Assembly: GCA_013239625.1 (NCBI GenBank)
Contig: MU055452.1
Location: 3,699,394 to 3,763,393 of the forward strand
Length of the DNA: 64,000 nt
From: Lama guanicoe
Taxonomy: Eukaryota
Direction of reading: 5' to 3'
Numbering within the stretch: position 1 is the stretch's first letter; each line of letters starts with the position of its first letter. Under the pieces are notes generated by a model. The model had not been told where the DNA came from. It was given only the letters and a program-made list of their open reading frames with translations, and made no database searches. The translations under genes and the position numbers were made by a program. Shown here piece by piece: positions 12,156 through 23,805 of this stretch.

Positions 12156-15100
12156 CCCGCGCGCTGGCCGGACACTCCCCAGGGTAGAGGCCGGCGGTTT
12201 CCCCGCCGCGCGGGGCCGGAGGGCGGCCCGCCCGGACGCAGTGGTCCGAGTTGAGGAGGCCGGGGCCCCTGCGGGCGGTTTGGGATGCGGAGAGAGACAC
12301 CGGGATTCTCCACTTTCCCGAGCCCGACGCCTCCGCCTCATGCGTGCCCCGAGCCGTGAGAGCGGACGCGGGGCTGGCCGCGCGCCGCCTGCTGCCCGCG
12401 GGAGGCGGCATGCGGGCCCCGGCTTTCAGGGACCGAGCGGGGTCGGCAGCACAGGTCCCGGGAGGGCGGAAGTTCGGGGCCGGGGCGGCGGCGGCGCGGG
12501 CGCTGAGGTCACGGCCCGCGGGCTCTGGGCGCTGCTGGGCGCCGCCACCGCCCCGCTGCCGGTCGGGGGACCCCGGCGCGTTCGTGCTTCCACCGTGGTT
12601 GCGATCTGGGCCCCATGCTCTCTGCAGGACTTGGCTCGCAGCCGAGCCGCAATTCACTCCAAAGCCCCCCACGGTCGGGACCGTGGATCCCGCATCCCTA
12701 CCCGCTGTTCAGCCTGAATCTGGAAGTGAAGCACCGGGCCGGGCCGCGGCGCCTGCTAGCCCCACTCCCGAAGGCTGTGAACTCGCGTTAGAATGGGTGC
12801 CTAGCCCGCAATTCAACAAGTCCTCACGAGTACCTACCGTGAACAAACGGTGATGGAAATGGACTAGCTCTAGAACCCTGTCAACTAGGTTCATTTTTTA
12901 CAGATTCCATTATTATCTGGTTCCACTGTGCTACTCAGTATCTAGATTTTTTTGTTGGGGGGGCGAATTTTTCTTTGGTAGAGGTGGTATTTCTAGGATA
13001 TTACTTATTTGAGAAATCCAAGTATGTTGTTTATGGAAGGAGCTATCGATTAGGCAGCTTCTAATTTTTAAAAACAAGTTTTCTAGTCTTCAAAAATATT
13101 TTCTGGTTTGTCTTAATTGGCTGAAGTTGGGTCTTCGTTTCCCTTGGAAATGTCTCCATTGTAATCCAGCAAGATTGGCATTTGTCAACGCTGAAACAAT
13201 TATGATCGATTCACTTTCTGTAGTCTATTGTTGCGTGCTTATTTTTCCTCCCAAACAATGGAGACAGTACAAAAAGCAACAGTGAAAGTTATCTTCAAGC
13301 CTTTTATCCCTGTAATTAATGCATGCCAACAATAGGTCTTTACACATAGGCACAGGCAGGAAATCTACTTACTCATTCACTCATGGAGTAGGTTGTGTGG
13401 TTTTAGGCATAGCTACTGCTTCAGGGCCAACATGTTCTTGAAAGAATTCAGTTTTTACCCCTGTCTTAAAGATATTTTACTACATACCGTGGTGATGTTA
13501 ACTTCTGTTTATCACCATAATATACGTGGGCTCCTGCAGTGGGAAAAGTCTATACATTAAGATGATGTTCAGTGAGAACCATTGTCTAGGATGACTTTCT
13601 CATTTGTGTCTTTGCTAGTAGTTCTGTAGAGTAAGTGTAGCGGGCAGTTGTGGTTAACGCGGCTGGTCATAATTTGAACAGATTGAACAGAAAAAGATAC
13701 TTCATTGAAGCAGCGTTTCTAATATAAACTCAAAAGTGTAAGTCACATTTTTCAGATACTGATCCCCAATTTTAATGTTCATGTACAGAGTTAAAGAATA
13801 TACTGTTGATTTGATTAAAGCCATATATTTAAAATCAAATGACTAATAAATATGAGAGTAATTTTTTAACAGATGTTTCCTTTTTCTATGTTCACTTTTT
13901 GTTTTTGTTTTGCTGAATAAGGCACACTGTTAAAACTGGTTAAGAAATATCTGCACCATTAGAAAATCTAAAGGATAAAAACTTCTATGTATTTATTTAG
14001 ATGCCAAAATAATTGAAGCATTTTTCTATAGTTTAGATATCTTAATCTAAATTTATAATTAATGTTTAAAATCCCTAGTAATATTTTAAGCAAACACATG
14101 TTAGTAAAGGAAATGTAAAATTCGCAACAATGCAGCAGGCTGTTTTTCCCATCAAATTGAAGTCACTGAACAATTACTGGGTGTCGAGCATTAAAACAAA
14201 TGAGTTGAATTTAACAAATTGCTCAGAATTTTTATCTGCTTCTCCTAAAAAACAGAATTTGTTCCAATTGCCTCACCAACAATACAAGATGAATAACCTC
14301 TATGAAATGAATACAAATATTATCATTAAATTAACAAGAAATACAGGCATCAAAATCCCTGATGAACTGGTGAAATAAGTGATTTTGTAAAAATGATTTT
14401 TAAAAATTGACCTTGAGCAGTCTATTTCATAAAATACACTTGGTTATCTTTTTACACCTTTTCCTTCTAGAACCAGCCACTTAGGTTTGACATAAATTAA
14501 TCCATTTTGTGAACCTGCAGAGGACAAATGGTTCTAAATTTTAGGCTGTGTTCCTAGAAACCAAGTGTCTCCAGCTGGTTTAACCGAGAAAGTATTACTT
14601 GTCATGATTTCACACCATTGGCACATCGAGCTATCTACATGGAATCTGAAAGTACAGCGTCCCTTCACTAAAACACATGCATTTGAATCACCATTAGGCA
14701 AAGAAATAAATGCCCAGATTGTTTTTGTACTTCCGAAAGAAACATTAATCAAGCCAGCATTGCAAAGAAGGCTCATTCACTTTGTAGATAGTTAACTCTA
14801 TCAAATCCATTAATTAAACATTTATTGAGCACTAAGATGATGAGCTTCCTTTAGAGACAGAGAAATGGATGACTGGGCTCCCTTTGATTAGGACCCTTAA
14901 ATGAATATATAATTGTCATTGTTAGTAAGCCCGACTTGAAAATAAACAGAAACAGCAGAAACCAGTGGAACAAGGGTGTGGTCTCTCCTGGACTCTATCT
15001 GAATCTCCTTGGAAAGAATCCTCTCCCAGCAGAAAGGTAAGACTAAATAATATTCCATGCATTTCTAAACAGTAAATCCTGATTCTCTGAGAAAGCTTGT

Positions 15101-15216
15101 TAAAAATATATATATTTCTTTTTGACAACCTGCAAACATTGGACAATAATCAGGATCAGCTTTTCATTTAGCAGTTCATCAAGTGGGCTATTTATGGATT
15201 GGGGCTTTTGATTTGC

Positions 15217-17044
15217 NNNNNNNNNNNNNNNNNNNNNNNNNNNNNNNNNNNNNNNNNNNNNNNNNNNNNNNNNNNNNNNNNNNNNNNNNNNNNNNNNNNN
15301 NNNNNNNNNNNNNNNNNNNNNNNNNNNNNNNNNNNNNNNNNNNNNNNNNNNNNNNNNNNNNNNNCAGCCACTATGGAAAGCTTGCATCTGGTGTGCACTG
15401 CTGAACGAGGGAGGGGCGGTGAAGGTTGTGGGAGGCGATGGCCATGGTGGTGGCGGTGGCAGCAGCAGTGGTACTTATGTTCATGGCCGCTTCGGTTATG
15501 CCAGGAACACTCTTCATGCTTGGAGTTGTGTGTTCTCCAGGCCTTCACTAGTTTGACACAACAGTCTTTGCCACACTAGGGAAGTACATTTTAATGGCCA
15601 CCATAGAGTGTTTAGGAGAAGCAATGGAGACATCATCCATGATATTCAAAGAGCACAAAGGTGTATGTTTCTCAGTGTTTCTAAGAACTAAGACAAATAC
15701 CGCTGCATTGCTAAGAAATCGTGCTTTNNNNNNNNNNNNNNNNNNNNNNNNNNNNNNNNNNNNNNNNNNNNNNNNNNNNNNNNNNNNNNNNNNNNNNNNN
15801 NNNNNNNNNNNNNNNNNNNNNNNNNNNNNNNNNNNNNNNNNNNNNNNNNNNNNNNNNNNNNNNNNNNNNNNNNNNNNNNNNNNNNNNNNNNNNNNNNNNN
15901 NNNNNNNNNNNNNNNNNNNNNNNNNNNNNNNNNNNNNNNNNNNNNNNNNNNNNNNNNNNNNNNNNNNNNNNNNNNNNNNNNNNNNNNTTAAAACAAGCCA
16001 TTTTCACATTCCAAAGTGTTCAGGGGAAAAAAAAAGATTCCTTTCTTTTAACTCATTTCTTAAACAATGCAAATTTTAAAGTAGCTTTTTNNNNNNNNNN
16101 NNNNNNNNNNNNNNNNNNNNNNNNNNNNNNNNNNNNNNNNNNNNNNNNNNNNNNNNNNNNNNNNNNNNNNNNNNNNNNNNNNNNNNNNNNNNNNNNNNNN
16201 NNNNNNNNNNNNNNNNNNNNNNNNNNNNNNNNNNNNNNNNNNNNNNGATACCACCGGTTTTTTGTTTTAGCTTGCACTAGGCTATAGGGACGCAAACCCT
16301 CAGTTTATCGACATATCCATGTCTATTGCTTTATATATATTAAAAACAGGGAGTNNNNNNNNNNNNNNNNNNNNNNNNNNNNNNNNNNNNNNNNNNNNNN
16401 NNNNNNNNNNNNNNNNNNNNNNNNNNNNNNNNNNNNNNNNNNNNNNNNNNNNNNNNNNNNNNNNNNNNNNNNNNNNNNNNNNNNNNNNNNNNNNNNNNNN
16501 NNNNNNNNNNNNNNNNNNNNNNNNNNNNNNNNNNNNNNNNNNNNNNNNNNNNNNNNNNNNNNNNNNNNNNNNNNNNNNNNNNNNNNNNNNNNNNNNNNNN
16601 NNNNNNNNNNNNNNNNNNNNNNNNNNNNNNNNNNNNNNNNNNNNNNNNNNNNNNNNNNNNNNNNNNNNNNNNNNNNNNNNNNNNNNNNNNNNNNNNNNNN
16701 NNNNNNNNNNNNNNNNNNNNNNNNNNNNNNNNNNNNNNNNNNNNNNNNNNNNNNNNNNNNNNNNNNNNNNNNNNNGTTCAGGAATAGAAAATTATAGTGT
16801 GCTCTGGGGCTTAATTTGCCTAAATTTCTTTCAGCCTTCCCTTCTGACATAGAAAAATGGAAACAACAGAGGGGGGGGGCACACAAAANNNNNNNNNNNN
16901 NNNNNNNNNNNNNNNNNNNNNNNNNNNNNNNNNNNNNNNNNNNNNNNNNNNNNNNNNNNNNNNNNNNNNNNNNNNNNNNNNNNNNNNNNNNNNNNNNNNN
17001 NNNNNNNNNNNNNNNNNNNNNNNNNNNNNNNNNNNNNNNNNNNN
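15217..17044. promoter_or_regulatory. Putative conserved non-coding cluster / upstream alternative promoter region of CTNNB1 (mostly masked)
   Basis: Five N runs (15217-15364, 15728-15987, 16091-16246, 16355-16775, 16889-17044) in repeat-free unique sequence 3.2-5.0 kb upstream of the TSS. Content is not visible; the call is inferred from masking behaviour. Confidence 0.5.
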
Positions 17045-18271
17045 GAGTAACCCATGCCATACAAAGTCTAAATAAAATTAGGATTCCCCCCACAGGCTAA
17101 AAAAAAAAACAAAACACAGAGCAAAATGTCTTGTTCAGTAAATAGTATGCATGTCTATTGTAAAAAAAAAAATCCTCTCCAGCCTCTTTCTCCCTCTCCC
17201 CCACCAACCTATCTCAGATGGTTCAGTCATCAGTGGATAAGTGTGGAGTTGGATCGGGTGTGTATGTGTATGATTGTCTGTAATATAGCATTTCTCAAAC
17301 ATATGGAGGTTTTATGCTATGTCTTAGTTGGAAAACATATGGACTAGCTATATAGATTTCTTTTTAAAAAGGAGCGACAGTTTATAATATTGAAGAGCTC
17401 TATTGGTTTTAAAAAGAAAATTAGTGTATTCAGGTGTAGCAAGAAAAAAATAACAGTGTGGGGCTGTAGTTCACCTGAATTATTCTTTTTTTAAAAAAAA
17501 TCATCTATCTTGTAAAAATAAAAAAGGGAAATGTGTTTGTAGTGTGGCACTCATCATTGGTGTGAAAGAGTTTTTTTTTTTTTTTTACTCTCACTTGCTG
17601 TCAAGTTGAGTGTTTATGGAGAATGGTTGCTGGTTATATCATAAGTGTGTTCCAGAAATACACTGCATCAGGGAGGGCAGTGTGGACAGGGCCTGGAGAA
17701 GGTCACAGTGCCAGAAGCAAACGTCCATTTTCTGCTCTGCACCACTCAGCAAAAAAAAAATAACTTTGGCCCTAGAAAAGTGGAGGAACACATAGATTGA
17801 TTTTTTTTTTAGCTACTTGACAAAAAAAAGTTCTCTTTAAAAGATATAGTCATTTCTGAGTTTTCTCCCAATAATGCCACCAAAGGAAATGACCTTTTTA
17901 TTCTCATTGCAGCCTTAGCTTGTTGTTTAAAAGCCAAAAAATATAAATTTTACCACTGATCTAAATTTTCAAGGTTGTTGGTTATTCAAATTTATTTTAT
18001 TGGCTAATCTTAAATTTTAATTCTAAATCTTACAATAAATTACTTTGTTAAACAATGCATAGATTTTTTTAAAAAATAGCATTTTGATTCAACTTTGCAG
18101 AAATTTTAGTTCTAGGAGAGGATATAAAATTATTGAAACAAAACACTTTTCTGGCTATATCCAGAAAGGATACTGCATTTGCATGGGTTTTCATTTAAAT
18201 ATATATATATTTTCTCTTTTCAGTTCTTTTCAGTGTCATATCCATATCCACCCTTTGGAGTTTTTTTGGGT

Positions 18272-18505
18272 TTTTTTTTTTTGAAGTATAGTTGATTTAC
18301 AATGCTGTGTTAATTGCTGGTGTACAATACAGTGATTCAGTTATACATATATATTCCTTTTCATATTCTTTTCCATTATACACTATTACAAACTATTGAA
18401 TTTTGTTCCCTGTGCTGTACAGTGGGACCTTGTTGTTTAATTATTTTCTATATAGTAGTTAGTATCTGCAAATCTCAAACTCCCAATTTATCCCTCCCCA
18501 TCCAC
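18272..18505 (-). mobile_element. L1 3' end (5'-truncated)
   Basis: Poly(T) followed by gaagtatagttgatttacaatg...ggtgtacaatacagtgattcagttatac...ccctgtgctgtacagtgggacc, a typical laurasiatherian L1 3' UTR. Confidence 0.85.
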
Positions 18506-20339
18506 TTTCATTTAAATGTATTTTACTTCACATAATCTTTCAGGTGGACAGCAATGCTCGGAGTCACCACCATCCTCCATACAAAGGTACCATGTATTTG
18601 TCACACCATTTCTCATGCAGTGATGGACATGCATTTTACTCCATCTTTCTTTTGTTTATTGTGAAGCTTTTTTTTTCATCATCCATTTTCAAATCTGGCC
18701 CATCTCGAATTTATAATTACAGAATTTGAATTGGGGGAAAAAGAAATAGAAACAAAGCCTGAATTGTTTTTCTTCTAAAAAGAGCAGAAAGAAATAGCCA
18801 ATTCTTTGATAAAAATGAGACAAGTTGACAAATATGGAATATACCCATCTCCTCTGGGATTTTCCAGTAATTTTGATGTTAGCCGACAGTACCGTTTCCA
18901 AATGAAACTCTGGAATCATGTAATTCTATAGTTCTAAAACCTATTAGAGAAAGAAAAAGGCTTTAATTTCGGTTGCTTTAAGAGATCATCTGTTCAAAAT
19001 ATTTTTCCTTCCACTATAAACTATATTAGAATCTAAGCCATAAGAAATCAAGATAGTAAATGTCAACACACACAGTCCTCTTTCCTGTGAATGCTCTCCT
19101 TTCGTGACATAACAAGCCCGGTTCTTTCAACCCTTCCTCAGATGACAGTTTTCAGAACCTGTATTCTTAGTACAAGGGACATCATGCAAGTTCTAAATAG
19201 TAAAAAAGGGTTGTTGTAAACCAACTCGTTTTGGGGTGGTTTGTTACATAGGCAAAGTTGACTGATATAACTAACATGATTCCATTTTTGGCTTGTCTTT
19301 AATAATTGCATCATAGTGTAGGTTCATCCTGAGCTGCTTATCTGTTAAAACAACAACTGCTACAGATTTTAAATTATGCAGTCTGGCTAGTAAAATAATT
19401 TAGATGTCTGTTATTTAAATTACAGACATGAACTGCTGTCAATACATACATATTAAATACCAATGAAGCTGGGCTTCTTTTTTAAAGATAAAAGGTAAAT
19501 ACAGGAGTTGCAGTATTTTATTTCTTCGTCCCAGTAGATCGTCAAGAGCACCTTTTGGGTTATATTCACTCTGCTCAGGACCACTCTTCTCAAACTCTGA
19601 AATCTTTCACAAAATCTGCTTCAAAGCCTTGTTTCACCTCTCCCGAATGTGTGCAATTTGTTTTTTTAACACCAAACTCAGCTTTATGTATCACAGTTGC
19701 TGATTGTTGCAGAATCCTTTAGGGAATGACACATTGATCTTTTCTATTAACTGTATTTACATAAAACCCTTTTGGTAAAAACCACCATTCATGTTTCTAG
19801 CAAATGTACGCAGAATATATAGTGGTTTATGGGGTCTCCCGCATCACCGTTTTCTCTTGCTATTTAACTCCTTTGTGCGTGTGTATCTGTACCCCATGTC
19901 TTTCCTTTCTTTATGTTTTAAGGTGTTAACAACATTTGCAACAAAGAGGATGAGGCTGCCTTTTCAATGTCAAAAGATTCTGAGGTAGCTCACGTGATAA
20001 CAGCTGTACTTTTAGTATCTGTTGACTAAGAATCTGCAGTGACCAAAAGTTCCTCTAAGTCAGTAACGCTTTTAAACAAATTTATGTTTTATTAATCCCC
20101 GTGGAATCTACATGAATGTGGACACTAATCACAAACATATGTGGAAGGCTTGTTTTTTTCAGTGCACAGACGATTCCTAGCCCGTATGGGGGATTTGAGC
20201 CCTCACTTAATTTGGGAATGAGAAAGCTGCTGCAGGAATGAAAACAGGAGATTTCACATTTGGGGAAATTGAGGCTTAGGGAAATTTAGGCATCTGCGCA
20301 GCTTGAAAGCTAGATGCACAGAGCTGGAGTGTGAACTCT

Positions 20340-20550
20340 GGACCTGTGCTGGCCAGTGCAGTAGCCATTAGCCGCAGGTGGCTATTTGAATGTAAATGAA
20401 TTAAAATTAAATAAAATTAAATTTTAATAATTTTAATTCCTCAGTCTCATTAGCACACATCCAGCACTCAGTAGCCATATGCAGCTACCATACTGCATGG
20501 CACAGACTAAAAAGTCATCATCACGGTGAGCTCCACCGGGCAGTGGCTAA
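20340..20550 (-). mobile_element. MER3-like hAT element, adjacent to MIR (~20265-20340) and L2 end (~20625-20730)
   Basis: gtagccattagccgcaggtggctatttgaatgtaaatgaattaaaattaaataaaattaa...cagtagccatatgcagctacc. Confidence 0.7.
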
Positions 20551-22594
20551 ACCAGACTGACCAACGGCAAAGGCAGGTCTGTCGCCACTGGGTTTCATTC
20601 TTCCTTATCCGTCCATTCCTTTTCTCGTCCATCCATTTAGCAAGCATTAACTGAACACCTACTATGTGCCAGGCACCATGTTGGATACTGGGGCATTTTC
20701 TCACTGTGCTATTGTCAAGAGCAAATGTAATAGACACGAGAGAGTGTTTTTTCTTAAGCGATAAAGTTTAGACGAAAGTGAGGTGCTTTTGTACTGTAGT
20801 TGCCTTGGGAACAGGACTTGACTTCACTGAGGGTGGCAGGGTCTGTGAAACCCTCTCCTCCCTCCCCGGCCCCCCAGCACTTAGTAAATGTAGAGCCTCC
20901 CATTACAGTGCACACATGTCCACTTCCGTCCGTCCACTGGCTGAAGCCTCTTCTATATTAGGGGAATTTATCAGGCAACATGGCCCCTGGCATCTGGATC
21001 ATGCTGCCCCTGCTCAGCCAGTCAGAGCCTCTGCTTGGGACTTTGAAACTAGAGCAGAGGACATGAGAAGCCAAAGCAGGTGTAGTCATTTCAGTGGCTG
21101 CAGCAGCCACTGTCACTTCACTGGGTCTGCGATGTTTAATCGTAAAACCAACTTTATTTTGTCCACCCCTAACCTACACCCACTTAAGCCTCCTTCAGAG
21201 GGTGGTCGCATTGTTACCACTGGATGCCATGTGAAATGAATGCCCAGGACCTTGCTGGTCCCTGTCAGCTAACAAAGTCTTCTGGTCACTAAGTTGGAAA
21301 ACATGTCTCAATTTGTTAACACTTTTATCTTCAGTAGAAGGTAAAGATTCTCCTCCTTTTCCCAGCTAGGGCTGTGAAGAGGCAGGGCGGGGCAGAGGGT
21401 TGATGCCCCCTTCTCACCATCACATCCTCCCTACTGCCCAGCTGCTGTTTTTGGCCCTTCTGGGGTTGGAGCCATGAGGGAAGGAAAGAGGAATGTGATA
21501 TTTCTTAACAGACCGGTTATTGTGATCAGCTGGCTTTTGCTTTCTGGGTCCTGCCAGTGTTCAAAGGTGGCCCAGTTGTGGACATTTTTGTGGGTTCTTT
21601 GGCAGCTCTCCTGCCAGGACGCTCTGCCACTCCCTTGGGCGTGGAGGGGCACCCTCCCTAACAGCCTCTCTGAGGTCCTCTTCAAGGACCTACCTCCAAC
21701 TATGGTCTCTCAGACTTTTAATGTCCTAACGTGCCCAGTTCTGGGTCATCTGCGTTGACATTTCTGCCTGGTGACCTGCTTCACCTTACTCTGACATCTA
21801 GAAATTGCCATAGCTTTGTGGTTCAGTTGAACCTTCAGGGCTGACTTCCTGTTCCCCTGGGGATGGCAGGGGGAGCCAGGTCCAGGGGGGCGAAGGTAAC
21901 AGTGTCCTCATCACATGGTTCTGCGTGTATTGTTTCCCTGCCTCCTTGGGTTCCCGCTTTTATCTTCAGTCTTTGGCCTCCACCTTCCTGGTGATTCTGT
22001 GAACTACTCAACAGCCTTCAATACGTGCTTTTGCTGCTTCAGCCAGCCAGTCATTTTCCATTCCTTCCAGCCCAACACCTGCTCTGATAAATGTTTCCAT
22101 TTTCATGTATTTTTGACTGTTGTCTGTCTCCCTAGTTTGTATTTAGTCATCACATCTCTACTCTCTTTTCACATTGCAGAGGAATACATGCACCGTGTAA
22201 ACCAGTCCAACAAACCAGAAATGTGTAACACAGAACGAAAAAGTGCCACATAATTCCAGGCCCCGCAGAGATCCATGTCCATCGGCATTTCTAAAATTAA
22301 TTTTTGAACTCAATAATGGATTCACATGTTTTAAATATATTTCACTCTCTCCACCAGTGACCATCACCACAACCCTCACCTTAACTCCCTTATTACTTCC
22401 TCTCATCTCCTGCCAGTGTTTCTATGCGCATGTAAACAAATAGGCACTTGTGTTATTTTCCCTCTACCCCCTCTTTCTACACAAAGGATAGTATAATCTT
22501 CTTGCACTTTACTTTCGTCACTTAACAACATATCTTGGAAATCTCACCACATCCAATACCCAGAGGACTACTCCAATTGTTTTCAAAGCTGCAG

Positions 22595-22920
22595 AAAGAC
22601 AAATACCGTATGATACCACTTATAAATGCGATCTAAAAAAAAAATACAACAAACTAGCGAATATAACAAAAAAGAAGCAGGCTCACAGATACAGAGAACA
22701 AACTAGTGGTTACCAGTGGGGAGCGGGAAGAGGGAGGGGCAAGATAGGGGTAGGGGAGTAAGAGGTATAAAATAAGCTGCAAGGGTATATTGTACAACAC
22801 GGGGAATACAGCCGATATTTTATAGTAACTATAGATGGAGTATAACCTTTACATATTGTGAGTCACTATACTGTACACCTGTAACTTATATAATATTGTA
22901 CAAGTATACCCCCCAAAAAA
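22595..22920 (+). mobile_element. L1MA-type 3' end inserted in an older minus-strand L1 (about 22170-24270)
   Basis: gaaagacaaataccgtatgataccactta...acagatacagagaacaaactagtggttaccagtgggg...cactatactgtacacctgtaactta; candidate TSD aa(a/g)gctgca on both sides. Confidence 0.8.
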
Positions 22921-22994
22921 GGCTGCATTTTAACTTGCCCCTTCCCATTGATGGACATTAGATTGTTTCCATGAGTTTATTACAAATAGTGCCG

Positions 22995-23110
22995 GGGTGG
23001 GAGGGGTATAGCTCAGGGGTAGAGCAGGTACTTGGTATACATGAGGTCCTGGGTTCAATCCCCAGCGCCTCCGTAAGTGACAATTTTTTTAAAGAAAAGA
23101 ATTTTTAAAA
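22995..23110 (+). mobile_element. Vic-1-like SINE
   Basis: gggaggggtatagctcaggggtagagcaggtacttggtatacatgaggtcctgggttcaatccccagcgcctcc plus A-rich tail. Confidence 0.85.
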
Positions 23111-23424
23111 ACAGTCCTGCATAAATAATCTTGCACATGTGTCATTTACAACATACGCAACTCTTAACTGTAGGATAAAGCCCTTGGAAATGAGCCTGCT
23201 GAGTCCAAGGGTGAATGTACCAGGAGAGAAGAATCAGTACTAGGTATTGTTAGTGGCCAATGACTAACTGGCACCCCAACTCCCACAGACAGGTGCTGTA
23301 ACAGCTTCCATCCTCGCCAGCAAGGAGAGTGCCCGTTCCCTGGCACCTTCATGGATGGAGGGTGTGGGGAGGATGCGGCTGTGCCTGGCTCATCCCCTCT
23401 AGACATGGGTATTTTCTATACTAC

Positions 23425-23805
23425 AGCTGCAGCTCTGCCCTGTGGCTTTCTTCTGGCTTTGGGAAGCAGGCTTGATCTGTGTGTGAGCCTGGGGGATGGA
23501 CAGGGCAGAAATGCCTGAGAGTTAATTCTTCACAAGCAATCATCAACCAATGATGGTCAGGGAGTTGGTGGATAAATACCCCAGCTCTCTCACTCTTAGA
23601 GGGGATAACTCTGGAGTGTGTTCTGCATTGTCTCCTGCAGTTCTCCAACTGAGCTCCAGGCTTGGCTTCCTAACACATCCATCATAACATCTTTTCTTTC
23701 CTCCTTACTTCCCTGCTGGTGTTTCCTGTCATCACCTCCCAAATAAACCACCTACACTAAAATATTTGTCTCAGGGTCTGCTTCTGGATGAACCCAATCA
23801 AAGAG
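23425..23805 (+). mobile_element. LTR16-like ERVL solo LTR
   Basis: ggggataactctggagtgtgttc...cacctcccaaataaaccacctacact...tgtctcagggtctgcttctggatgaacccaa. Confidence 0.7.

Larger units (their letters stand above)
11290..12850. promoter_or_regulatory. CTNNB1: CpG island / CTNNB1 promoter
   Basis: Very GC- and CpG-dense stretch against an AT-rich background, spanning exon 1. Confidence 0.93.

Noticed and set aside
11154-12853. Long ORFs (516, 406, 395, 331 and 200 aa) over the CpG island
   Set aside because: Low-complexity Pro/Arg/Gly/Ala translations in several frames on both strands, inflated by Ns. This is typical of GC-rich DNA lacking stops, and CTNNB1 exon 1 is non-coding.
15100-17100. 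ORFs spanning N runs (also 45095-45445 and 59477-60049)
   Set aside because: They are open only because Ns hide stop codons; the latter two are L1 ORF2 remnants.
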